From: Camelus dromedarius
Taxonomy: Eukaryota
Direction: 5' to 3'
Length of the DNA stretch: 64,000 bases
Assembly: GCF_036321535.1 (NCBI RefSeq)
Contig: NC_087437.1
Coordinates: 79,796,001 to 79,860,000, forward strand
In this document: positions 51,600 to 64,000 of the stretch, one piece after another
Layout: the number at the start of each line of letters is the position of its first letter
Numbering within the stretch: position 1 is the first letter of the stretch
Translations under genes and position numbers: made by a program
The notes under the pieces: model-generated
What the model was told of the DNA's origin: nothing
Seen by the model: the letters and a program-made list of their open reading frames with translations, nothing else
Database searches by the model: none

Positions 51600-51795
51600 A
51601 AGAGAATAGATTTTGAAGCCAGACTCATCTCTGGTAATTCACTAGTTATGTGAGCACTGCAGGCAACTTTCATCTTTTTGAGCTTAAGCATCCTCATCTA
51701 CATAAATGGGAAATAATTTCTTCTTCATAGATGTTGCATGGATAGAATAAATGAATTAATATACTCAGAACACCCAGGAAGATAGTAAGCATTCC
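51600..51795 (+). mobile_element. MIR SINE
   Basis: 'agattttgaagccagact...cactagttatgtga...gagcttaagcatcctcatctacataaatggg'. Confidence 0.6.
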
Positions 51796-53370
51796 CTCTA
51801 CCTGTTTCTGAAAACAGATCGTAATCAAATTTCTCCACAAATGATAAGCAAATATGATTCTGTATTTATTTTTGTTTGCTGAGAGAAAAAAGAAGTAAAT
51901 TCTTAAAGTTTACTTCTGAAACCCCAGAATTATTTTAAGTCTTCTTAGAAAAAGAAAATTGATCAAATGTGAGTCCCTAATACCTGAATAGAAGATTATA
52001 CTATCCTTTTAAAAGTTAGAACTCATTAGAAACCACATTTCACACTTTTAGTTTTATTTTGCTCAATCCTGATAAAAAATAATGCTCTGTGAATTTGCCT
52101 TGAAACTTGCTGATTTTATGACACTGAGTTCCCTGAACACTGGAGTCATGGTCCTCTTTTCCTCTCACAAGTGCAGAATGATGTCAGACCCAAAGTCTAA
52201 CAAGTTGCCTTCAGATTTCAATTCCGAACAAACCAGGAATGTTGGGGAGAGCTGGCTGACTGCACCTGTGAAATGATCAACCTGCACTCCAATTTACGTC
52301 TCAGTCCCTTCTCCTTGGGCCCTACCAATCATCTGGCCCTTAATGGGTCTCTTTTGCTGTTTATCACTCTCTATCCCCATCAATTTTCATTGCTCTCTAC
52401 AGCTTCTTTATCACTTTTTGTTGTCAAGAACATAACTACTTTTGGATCAGATGTTTGCCATAAATTCCTGAAACAGACATCTAGCCCATAAAGAATAGAA
52501 ATGAATAGACTAGTTTTAAATGTCAAGAGTAGATAGTTCATCTCAGTAGGCGTGATTGTTAATACTTTCACATCTCTAGCTCAAAATTGAAATTTTTCCA
52601 GTGCCCCAGGCATAATTATTTTCCTCCAAATGACTTGGAAGCCAGTATTACAGCATCCACCTACACGTTATATTTGACCAAAACACTGACATCAAGCAGA
52701 ATCACAAAAAGCTATTTATGTATGTTCCTTAGTGTTGGCAGCCTTGATATCTTAGGAAATATCATCTTATTCAGATGGAATAAAATTTGATAGCATTGGC
52801 AATTACTGACTTCTGCTTTAGATTAATGTCCACATGTGAAAAAAAAATGTGGGGTTTTGTGATTTGAAATGTAGAAAAAAATGGCAATGACACTGAAACT
52901 TTATATACCATATTTCAGCCGACAGCACAATTTAGGGTTGAGTTACACATCCTTAAAATAAAGGCTTCCAGTAGAAATGCTGACAGGCCCTTTACTTATG
53001 GGGAAGTATTTTCCTCTAAAATAACAGCAATATATTATATTTAAATGGATCCTTTTATAAAGCACTTAATCTTTATCTCTTAATCTGTATCTCTCCTTCC
53101 TTCACACATGTTATCTCTCATAAAAGTCAATAGCAAAACTATATATCTATTATTTATCTAGTTAGTTATTATGTATTTATTACATTTATGAGATTCCCCC
53201 ATCATTTATTAGCCTCTGGGAACCTCTGCAAGTTCCAGAGCTTAAAAAACTAGGAAGATGGTCTGTGTCATTATGATTTGCAAGCTACTCTAGACATCAT
53301 GAAAACAAGACATATTGCCTTCAGCCTTATTATCTTAGAAGTTCAACACATCTTTAAAATATACGTACAA

Positions 53371-56300
53371 GGAGATGTGTGACCAAGATGGTGGATTAGG
53401 AAAACTCTGAGCTCACCTCCTCCCACAGGGACACCAAAATTACAACTATTTAAAAAGCAACTATCTACGAGAACGGCCTGAAGAGTACCAGAAAAGATTC
53501 TCCACAACTAAAGACTAAAGAAGGAAACATAATGAGACTGCTGGGGGGACGGGGGGGCGGTGAGACATATTATAGTCAAGACCCACACCCTTTGGTGGGT
53601 GACCCACAAATGGGAGGATAATCATAATTACAGACATTCTCCCTAAGGAGTGAGGGGACCAAGCCTCACATCAGTTCTCTCCAGCCTGGAGTCCTTCACT
53701 GGAAGCAAACCTCAGAACATCTGGCTTTGAAGGCCAGCAGAGCTTGTGAATAGGAAATTCAGAGGGCTGTAGGAAACAGAGGCTGCCCTTAAAGGGCACG
53801 AGTATATCTCACACACTCTGAGTTCCCAAACACAGGCAGTAATTTGAAAAAATCATGGGTTAGACCCACTTGCTGATCTTGGAGAGCCCACTGGAGAGCA
53901 AGGAGGCAACTGGGAAAACCCCTGGAGACACAGACACAGGAGGCAGCCATTTGGGGGAGCTCATTCTATCAGGAGAAAACTCATGCTGACAAGCATCATT
54001 TTGGAATCCTTCCTCTAGCCTGCTAGTGCCAAGGGCTTACCCACCCACCATCAATGGGTTATTAGAGCCGGGATTCCCCCTAGTCCTATAGGATATGGCC
54101 CCACCCACCTATGGGATGGCACAACCCCTGGGCTCTCTGGGCTCTGAAGCTGGCTCCCCAAGGCCCTGGCCACAACCTCCAGTGGAATAGCTGCCACCAA
54201 ACGAGGCAGGACTTTGCAGCCAACGGGGATGGGGACCAGCAATTAGTAGCACACCTACAGTAGCTGGACCCACCAAAATGAAAGGGCCTGCTCAGACCAC
54301 ATAAGGATCACCTGGAGAGTATGTAACTCTGGTGATCAGAGGGGAGTGTGCTGCTGGGGCCCATGAAACATAACCTCCATAAGGCCACTTCTAAACTGAG
54401 AAATGTAACAGACCTACCTAATGCATAGAAATAAACACAAAGAATTAGGCAAAATGAGGAAAACAGAGGAAGATGTCCCAAATGAAGGAACAGAACATAA
54501 CCTCAGAAAAAGAATTAAAGGAAGAGAAAATAAGCAATCTATGTGATAAAGAGTTCAAGGTAATGATCATAAAGGTGCTTGAGAGATGAATGGATAAATA
54601 CAGTGAGAATTTCAACAGAGTTAGAAAATATAAAGAAGAACCAAACAGAGCTGAAGAATATAATAACTGAAATAAAAAGTACAACACTAGAAGGAATCAA
54701 CAAATTAGATGATACAGAGGAAAGATCTAGGAGTGAAATAGGAGAGAGAGTTGTTCATCCAAGTTGAACAGAAAAAAAAGAAAAGAGAATTTTAAAAAAT
54801 GAGGGAAGTTTAAGAGATGTCTGGGGCAACCTCAAACATACTAACAATCCCATTATGGGAGTCCAGAAGGAGAAGAGAGAGAAAAAGGGGCAGAGAACTT
54901 ATTTGAAGAAGTAATAGCTGAAAACATTTCTAACCTGGGAAAGGAAACAGATATCCAAGTCCAGGAAGCACAGAGAGTTCCAAACAAGAGGAACCCAAAA
55001 AGGACCACAACAAGACACATTGTATTTAAAATGGCAAAAAAAAAGCAAGAATGGTTCAATATCTGCAAATAAATCAAATTAAATATAAAGAGAGACTCTT
55101 AAAAGCAGCAAAAGAAAAGTGACCAGTTATGTACAAGAGAACTCCCGTAAGTCTATCAGCTGACTTCTGTGGAAAATTGGCAGGCCGGAAGGGAAGAGCA
55201 CAATATATTCTAAGTGATAAAATGAAATAACCTACAACCCAGAATATTCTACCTGGCAAGGCTGTCATTCAGACTTAAAAGAGAGATAAAGAGATTTACA
55301 GAGACGCCAAAGCCAAAGAAGAATTCAGCCCCACTAAATCGGCTTTACAGGATTTGTTAAAGGGAATTTTATAAGTGGAAATGAAAGATCATAACTAGAA
55401 ATATGGAAATTACAAAAGGAAAAATCTCATTGGTAAAGGCAAGCAAACTACATTAAAGTTAGTAGAACAACCACTTACAAAGCTAATGGGAAAGTTAAAA
55501 GATAAAAGAAGTAAAGCCATCTATATCCACAACAGTAGTTAAGGGATACACAAAATAATGTGAATTTGATACCAAAAAATATTAAACATGAGGGAGGAGA
55601 TATGCAAGTTTGTTAGAATGCAGTCAACCTTAAGAGATCATCAACTTAAAATAATCACTTATATACACAGGTTGCTCTATCTAAACCTAAAAGTAACCAC
55701 AAACAAAAATCCTATAAAAAATACATACACAGAAAAGAGATATGAATGAAAACGTAACACTAAATATATTTATCAAATCACAAGAGAGCAAAAGAAGAAA
55801 GGAACAACAACAAAAAACTACAAAAACAACCAGAAAACAGTTAACAAAACATCAATAAGTACATGCACATCAACAAGCAATAAGTACATATACATCAATA
55901 ATTATTTTAAATGTAAATAGACTAAATCTCCAATCAAAAGACAGAGTGGCTAAATGGATACAAAAATGAGACCCATATACACTGCCTATAAGATACTCAC
56001 TTCAGATCTAAAGACACACACAGACTGGGAATGAGGGGATGGAAAGGGATCTCATGCAAATGGAAACAAAGTAAAGCTGGAGTGGCAATACTTACATCAG
56101 ACAATATAGACTTTAAAACAAAGACTGTAACAAGAGACAAAGAAGGACGTTATATAATGATAAAAGGATCAATCCAACAAGAAGTTATAACAATTGAAAA
56201 TACATAAGCACTCTGAATATAGAAACCTAAATACATAAGCATATATTAAGAAACATAAAGGGAGAAATTGACAGTAACACAATAATATAGGGGACTTAAA

Positions 56301-57415
56301 CACTCTAGTTACATTAACATACAAAAAATCCAGACATCCAGGCAGAAAATAATTAAGGAAACACTGACCTTAAATGACACCTTACACCAGAGGGCTTAAT
56401 AGAAATATAGAGAACATTTCATCTAAAAGTAGCTGAAAACACTATTTTGAAGTGCCCATGGAACATTCTCCAGGATAGATCACATGCTAGGCCACAAAAC
56501 AAGTCTCAATAAATTTAAGATTGCAATCATATCAAGAACATTTTCTGATCACAACACTATGAGACTAGAAATCAACTATAAGGAAAAAACTGCAAAAAGC
56601 ACAAATACATGGAGGCTGAACTATGTGCTACCAAGCAACCAGTGGGTCACTAAAGAAATCAAAGAGGAGATCAAAAAACTCCTGGAGAAAAGTGAAAATG
56701 GAAACATAATGATCCAAAATCTACAGGACATAGCAAAAGCAGTTCTAAGAGGAGAATTTATAGCAATACAAGCTAAATTCAGGAAACAAGAGCATTTTCA
56801 AATAAACTATCTGAACTTATATGTAAAAGAACTAGAAAAGAAAAACAAACAAAACCTGAAGTTAATTGAAGAAAATAAATCATAAAGATCAGTGAAAATA
56901 AATAGAGACTAAAAACAATAGAAAAGTTCAATAAAACTAAGAGCTGGTTCTTTGAAAAGATCAACAAATTGATAAGCCTATAGCCAGATTCATCAGAAAA
57001 AAAGAGAGAGAGAGGGCCCAAATAAATAAAGCCACAAATAAAAGAGCAGGAATTACACCTAACACTATAGAAATACAAAGGATCATGAGAGATTACTATT
57101 AACAATTACATGACAAGAAAATGGACAACCAAGAAGAAATGGAAAAATTCCTAGAAATATAGTTTCTTCCTAGGCTGAATCAGGAAGAAACAGAAAATAT
57201 AAGCAGACCAATTACCAGTAATGAAATTGAATCAGTAATCTAAAAAACTCCCTATAAACAAAAGTCCAGGCTTTACAAGTGATTTCTACCAACCATTTAA
57301 AGAAGGGTTAAAACTCCTTCTCAAATTATTCAAAAAAATTGAAGAGGAAGGAATGTTTCTAACCTCCTTCTATGAAGCCAGCATCACCCTGATATCAAAA
57401 GCAGACAAGACACCA

Positions 57416-57453
<38 letters not shown>

Positions 57454-59782
57454 TAAGCCAATATCAAAGATGAATACAGATTCAAAAATCCTCAACAAAA
57501 ATTAGCAAACTAAATTCAACAATACATTACAAGGATCATATACCATGATGAAGTGGAATTTATCCCAGGGGAGCAAGAATGGTTCAATATCTGCAAATAA
57601 ATCAATGTGATACATGACATTAACAAATTCAGAATAAAAAGGATATAACTATCTCAAAAGATCCAGAAAAAAACTTTTGACAAAATTCAACATAAATTTA
57701 TAATAAAAACTTTCAACAAAGTGGGTATATAGGGAACATATTTCAACATAAAGTTCACAGATAACAAACCTAAAGCCAACATCATACTCAAAAATGAAAA
57801 GAGGAAAGCATTTCCTCTAAGATCAGGAACAAGACAAGGATACCGAATGGCACCACTTTCATTCAACATAGTATTGAAAGTCCTAGCCATAGTAATCAGA
57901 CAAGAAAAAGAAATACAAGGAATCCAAATTGAAAAGGAAAGAATAGAACTGTCACTGTTCACGGAAGATATATATGTAGAAAATCCTAAAGACACTATCA
58001 GAAACTATCAGAACTATAAGTTAATTCAGTAAAGTTGTAGGATACAAAATTAATAAATAGAAATCTGTGGCATTTCTACACACTAACAACAAGCTATCAG
58101 AAAGAAAATTTAAGAAAACAATCCCATTTACAACTGCATCAGAAAGAATAAAGTATCTAGAAAGAAGTCTAACCAAAGAGGTAAAAACTTTTACTCAGAA
58201 AAATATAAGGCATTGATAAAGAAATTTAGGATGACACAACAAATGGAAAGATAGACTACGCTCATGGATTGGAAGAAGTAATATTGTTAAAGTGACCGTA
58301 CTACCCAAAGCAATCTACAGATTCAGTGCAATCCATACCATAATAACAATGTCATTTTCCACAGAAAAAGAATGAATGATTCTAAAATTTATATAGAAAC
58401 ACAAAAAACTTCAATTAGCCAAAACAATCTTATAAAGAAGAATGAAGTTGGAGGAATTACACTGTCTGATTTCAAACTATATAAGAAAGCTACAATACTA
58501 TGGTACACAAAAACACACAAAAACGGACACATGGATCAATGGAACAGAGCAGACAGCCCAGAAACAAACCCACCCTTACATGGTCAAATAATCTATGACA
58601 AAGGAGTCAAGAATATACAATGGGGAAAAGACATACCCTTCAATAAATGATGTTGAGAAAACTGGAGAGCTACATGCAAAACAATCAAACTGGACTACTT
58701 TCTCATACCATATACAAAAATAAACTCAAAATGGATTAAAGATTTAAATACAAAACCTGAAACCATAAAACTCTAAGAAGAAAATATAGATGGTATGCTC
58801 TTTGAATACTCATCTTAATAATATTTGAGAGGATGTTTCCTCAGGCAGGGGAAACAAAAGCAAAAATAAACAATGAGACAACATAAAACTAAAGAGCTTT
58901 TGCACAGTAAAGGAAACTGTCAACAAAATGAAAAGGCAGCCTACTGAAAAGGAGAAGATATTTGCAAATGATGTATCTGGTAAGGGGTTAACATCCAAAA
59001 TATACAAAGAACCCATATAACTTAATGTCAAAAAACCAAACAACCCAGTTAAAAAATGAACAGAGGCTCTGAATAGACATTTTTCAAAAGAAGACATACA
59101 GATGGCCAACAGACACATGAGAAGACGCCCAATGTCATTAATCATTAGGAGAATGCAAATCAAAACCACAGTGAGATATTACTTTACACCTGCCAGCATG
59201 GCTATCATCAAAAAGAACAACAAATAACAAGTGTTGCCAAAGATGTGAAGAAAAGGAGCCCTTGTGCACTGTTGGTGGGAATGTAAATTGGTGCAGTCAC
59301 TATGGAAAACAGTTTGGAGCTTCTTCAAAAAATTAAAAATGGAATTGCCATACTCCCCAGTAATTTCACCTTTGGGTATTTACCTGAAGAAAATGAAAAC
59401 ACCAATTCAAAAAGATATATGCTTATGTATGTGGAATCTAAAATACAAAACAACAAACATACAAAACATAATTAAAACAGACTCATTGATACAGAGAATA
59501 AACAGGGATTGCCAGAAGGGAGGTAGGTGGGGGAGTGAGCAAAGTAGGTAAAGGGGACTAAGAGGTACACACTTTTAGTTGTAGAATAAATAAGCCACAG
59601 GGATGTAATATACAGCATAAGGAATATGGTCAACATTATGCTAATAACTCTGGGACAGACGGTTACTAGACTTACCGTGGTGATCATTTTGTGATGTATG
59701 CAAATGTCAAATCGTCATGCAGTACACCTGACACTAACATAACATTGTATGTCAGCTATATCTCAATAAAAGAAAAAAAAAA
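53371..59782 (+). mobile_element. Near full-length inactive LINE-1 (5'UTR, ORF1 ~54454-55374, ORF2 ~55850-59422, 3'UTR, polyA)
   Basis: ORF-track pieces match L1 proteins: ORF1 IKKNQTELKNIITEIK; endonuclease MLGHKTSLNKFK..FSDHNTMRLEI; RT-region [53 protein letters not shown]. There are many stops and frameshifts. AATAAA is at 59765, the left flank is a TTT/AAAA site, and a decayed TSD reads aaaatatacgtaca / atatataggtaca. Confidence 0.97.
57417..57449 (+). repeat. A33 homopolymer expanded inside L1 ORF2
   Basis: 33 consecutive A at the A-rich 'KKENY' position of ORF2. Confidence 0.9.
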
Positions 59783-61215
59783 TATATATATAGGATATAT
59801 AGGTACATTCATCTGAAAAGAAATACCTAGACTGACATAGCTCAGAATCACTTCAAATATTAGAAAGATAAAGCAGAAGCAATAATATCTAATCAAAGGT
59901 GTTTGACAGTTTGTTTTTATTTTTTATATTTTGTGTTGTGAAGCGTTGTTACATAGTAGAGGTTGGTATAAATGGGATGCTATGGAGAAGGTTGCATTAA
60001 TAATTTATTTAACTTTATACATCATTTTTCTCAAACAAATTTACATTGCATCACCATTATGTGCTCAGCATTGTGCATAGGTATTAAACTCCGGTCAATC
60101 TGAACCTTGAGCTCAACTCTCTAGTAGGTTCAATAGCCAGAAAGAACACTCAGCTCTAAAACATTTGGTAATACATTTAAATTTAGAGCTTATTGTCTAA
60201 GAATGTTGTTTTCTTCAAATGAAACATTTTGATACCAACAGATTATATCAATAGATTATATCGATAGATTACATGGTTTACAATTTTAAAACTTAAAAGA
60301 TGAATCTAGATACTCCCTTTTATGCTTAGTTCTCAATGGGTCTGCTCTCATCTGAGTTCACTTCAGTCTCTTCCTGGTTCTCTCGTTGAGAAAGCACTGG
60401 ATTCAGGATATACAGAGATTGGAACAGCAAGATTTTAGCCATTTTGACCTTGAGAGTCAAAAATGTTTATAATTCCAATCTGTACACCTTTATACCAAAG
60501 TAGTGAATGGCCTCGGGTTAGCTCTGAACCTAGTGAGTCAGCATCCTGATGCCTTAGGAGGGAAGTAACCTCCTTCCAACTGATAAGTACGTTTTAAATT
60601 GTTTTGAGATGTTGGAATGAAAAATGTTTCATAAACACAAAGAAAGCGCACAGTGTAAAAATTCGCTCCGGTTCCCTCCGTCTTTATTGGTAGAGCTCAT
60701 TTGTCACAACCTGTGGTACCTTGGCTTTTTTATTGCTGTCCTTACACTCAGTTGAGAAAAATTTGTTCATGCCTCTATTGCCGAGTGCTAAACCAATCAG
60801 TGTCTACTAAAATAAGCCTGGCAAAATTTCCTGTTCTGACCGCTAGCCCATCAAGACCCAAGTGCTGCTCCCCAGGAGCAGAGAGCCAAAGCACTAAATT
60901 ACCATACACTGGAACGTTCTTATCAATTCCCTGGTTCAATTGTTTTAGCTTCAGTACAAAGAAACTCCTCCCATGCAAGACTGAGAAATGTATTTGCAAG
61001 TAAACCTAGCTCAAAACACTGGTAGGAAAATACACATTTGTTATTCAGATGGTGGAAAGAAAGATAAGGGGAGCAATTACGTTATGTAAAATGAAATAAT
61101 CTTTAGGAAAACGTGTTCATTTATTCCCCCACTGGATCATGTTTCTAACAAGGTTCACAGGCAAAGATATACTTTAATATCTAAAGTTGTGTGCATGTAT
61201 ACAAAGCATTTTTCT

Positions 61216-61345
61216 TATTTGTTAGTGATTTGTTGGAACAATACCCCAAGGGCCATACCCTTGTTTGTTAGGGCCGTACCCTTGTTTGTTACTATTTGTT
61301 AGTGATTTGTTGGAACAATACCCCAAGGGCCATACCCCAAGGGCC
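61216..61345. repeat. Nested direct repeats (45-bp x2, 21-bp x2, 14-bp x2)
   Basis: 61216-61260 is identical to 61293-61337. 61249-61269 and 61270-61290 differ by one base. ataccccaagggcc occurs twice at 61318-61345. Confidence 0.9.
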
Positions 61346-62634
61346 AGTTTGTAATTATCTCTGAGGTTCTATGACTTTCAGAATAATTTTATACATAGTA
61401 ACATTAAACACTTTTAGAGGACTTAAAATATATTAAAATACAAAGAGGTAGATATGATCTTTGCACCCTTATCCTTACCCATACTTAAAATTAGTCTTGA
61501 TTAATAGGAATTTTCAGTTCATGATCAGAAAGAATTTTCAGACATACACTTACCGTATTTTCTTCTAACACAGCATGTGCTTTCAGCTCTCATTACCAAA
61601 TCTGATTTATGAAGTCTGCAAGTATGGTGAAGTGTGTTGATGTTAGAAGAGAGATTTACATTTCTTCTTTTCTTCTTTTTCTTCCCTTCTGGAATTTAGT
61701 TCTTTCACTTTATCAGCGCCAATCATTCAGTCACCTCTTTGACAAGGAACTTGAAAGAAGATGACAGTACCAGAGTAGAAGATGCTGGATCAAAAAAAGA
61801 GGCAAGTTTTATGAATATTTCCTGCAATTGCAGATGTATATTTAAAAATAGAACGCCATTAATTATTGCAAGACTATTTAAGCATTTGCATTTTATTTTT
61901 GGACCAAAAAAAAAAAAAATGAAGTCAAAGGCAAGGTGGGAAGAAAGAACGTCAAGCCTGGTAAAGAAGGGCAGGGTGGTCGTGGGATTTTTATCACCTA
62001 AGGGACCTTATTTTGCACAACAGGTAGGCCAAGGGGAATTTTATCCCATTATCTGACAAGTGTAGGCAGCTTTGCATTTCAGGCCCCTACAGTGGTCCTG
62101 GCAGGTCTCCTGCTATTCCCCTGTTATTTTTGCAAGTAATACTGCCAAGGATGCTATTACTCTGGTTTATAATAGTTGATCGCTGCTGTGAAATTCCAGC
62201 TGTAGATAAAATGGATTCTTTGAAACAACCAACAAAAAAGGAGTGAAGAGGTCCAACAGCCCTCATACCTACTTGCTCTTGGACAAACTTTGCAAAATGC
62301 TCCACTTCAGAAAAAACATTAAGTGTTTCTGAATTTCCATTTCTATTAGAGCTGGTTGGTGATTACCCAGCTCCTGGTGTTGAAACTGAGAGCCTGTTTC
62401 CTGCTGTTTACGGGAATGCTAACTATTTCTGTGGAATGTAGGTCTCCTTTGCCTGCCCTTTGAGATGGGATTCCAAACAAAATGCTCACTCACTCATGTG
62501 TATTGATTATAAAAGTTTGGCAGCTTAAAGCAAAAGAAGACGTATATGAGGAGGAGTATCAACTTGTTAACCTGAGGTTGAGTAGAGAAAGCTCTCGCTT
62601 CCTTACCATATGTGTGGTGTCACATTCCTCACTG

Positions 62635-63102
62635 TGTTACCAGAGAATCGGTTCTTATCTCACGCAGGAAAGAATTCAAGAGTGGGTAAAGTGAAAGCAA
62701 GGTTACTCAGAGAGATACACATTCCACAGACAGAATGCAGTGTGTCTCAGAAGGGATAGAGGCCCTGGGGTGTGTGGGTGGTTAGTTTTTATGGGCTGGG
62801 TAATTTCATATGCCAAGTGGAGGGATTATTCCAACTGTTTTGGAGAAGGGGTGGGGATTTCCAGGAATTGGGCCCCACCTACTTTTTGGCCTTAGTGGTC
62901 AGCCTGGGAACTGTTGCTGCCTGTGGGTGTGTCATTTAGCATGCTAGTGTATTGCAGTGAGTCTATAATGAGGCTCAAGGTCTACTGGAAGTCAAATCTC
63001 CCACCATCTTGGGTCTAGCTGGTTCTAACCAGTTATGTCTTATCCTCAATGTCTACATAATTCTTGTAATGGTTGTGTTCGGCCCCCTTCCTTCCTGTCT
63101 CA
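62635..63102 (-). mobile_element. ERV1-class solo LTR
   Basis: Minus strand runs TGAGACAGGAAGG...CTCTGGTAACA, the same 'ggtaaca' end as the LTR at 39242. It has 'ggttagtttttatgg' (TATA-like on minus) and 'ccaccatcttgg'. No clean TSD. Confidence 0.75.
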
Positions 63103-63109
63103 TTTATAC

Positions 63110-63372
63110 CAAAGCACTTTTTAATCTCTTCACTGCCTCACTGCCAGATCGCATTTGACCCATCAGCTCCATCTGGAACATGTCTATCATTTTACTTACC
63201 ATACAGTGTTTTATTGGTAAGTATTGGTATTTACTTATCTGTCTGCTCTGTAAGAATATGAGATCAAGGCCAGAAGGGACTGTACCAATCTTGCTCATCA
63301 TTTTATTGTTATCACCATACAGAAGACCAGGCAGATGGTAGTATTTAATTAGTTTTTACCTTACAAATGAAT
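63110..63372 (+). mobile_element. L2 3' fragment
   Basis: 'tttacttatctgtctgctctgtaagaatatgagatc..gaagggactg..cttgctcatc...ggcagatggtagtatttaat'. Confidence 0.5.
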
Positions 63373-64000
63373 ATTGAGTTATCTTTGTTAACATGGTTGT
63401 CTTTGTTATGTACCATTGTAATAGAGCAACTGAGATTGTAAGAAAAATATGTTCTCCACAATGCACAATCAAACAGTGGTTCAAAAAGTTCATTGAACTA
63501 GGCATTCATGAATCTGAAATTCCACTTGTGGGGTTAAAATTCAGTATCCTTCATTCAGCGGAAACTACAGTTGCAAAGCTAATAGACGGAGTTTGAAGAA
63601 GATTTTATTAATCATGACATTCGGTTAGAGCAAGCCTCTGCTGAAACCAAAGTAAATAAATTACAGGCATGGCTAATAAGGTCAGGGAGCTGCTAGGACC
63701 AAAATCCTGGGAATGTCCTCTAAATCTCCAAATTACTTTAAACCAGCTTAAGTAACCGCTTTATAAATGGATAGTCATCTATGAATAGTTACTCCAGAAT
63801 AGATGTTCCCCTTTCCCCTCTGGGAACACAGCTGTGAATTATCTCTTGTCTTTTCATACCCTCACCTGTAGAACTCAAGGCCTCGCTATTCCTTATACAA
63901 CAGTGTATGTGAAATGGTTAAAGGGTAAACATCCAAGTTGTTGCAGCCAGCAAGGAGTATTACATATTATTACACTGCAAGGTCAATAGATAGCCTGTTG

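Noticed and set aside
53371..59782. Active L1 or intact ORF1/ORF2 CDS
   Set aside because: Numerous stops, frameshifts, an A33 expansion and an internal deletion.
61216..61345. CRISPR-like repeat-spacer array
   Set aside because: Only two copies, the spacer is itself derived from the repeat, the context is mammalian, and there are no cas genes.

Overview
This is mammalian genomic DNA: AT-rich, CpG-depleted and repeat-rich. It is most likely camelid, inferred from a Vic-1-like tRNA-Ala-derived SINE and artiodactyl-type L1 tails, with no Alu, B1, Bov-tA/BovB or PRE1 noticed. I found no intact protein-coding gene or credible multi-exon coding structure, so the window looks intergenic or deep intronic. 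The best-supported contents are: (1) a disabled processed pseudogene of PPDPF (~9553-10232, +); (2) a near full-length but dead ~6.4 kb L1 (53371-59782, +); (3) three ERV1-type solo LTRs, two with perfect 4-bp target-site duplications (TSDs); and (4) many older MaLR/ERVL LTR, L1, L2, MIR, Tigger and hAT fragments. Points worth a second look are a 34-bp piece of the L1's own ORF2 copied into its ORF1, STAT/NF-kB motifs in solo LTRs, a CpG-retaining cryptic exon, a convergent CTCF motif pair, a PBX-HOX/MEIS motif cluster and several templated microduplications or hairpins. I see no evidence of a novel multi-gene biological system. Repeat family names come from recalled consensus similarity, not from a database search.
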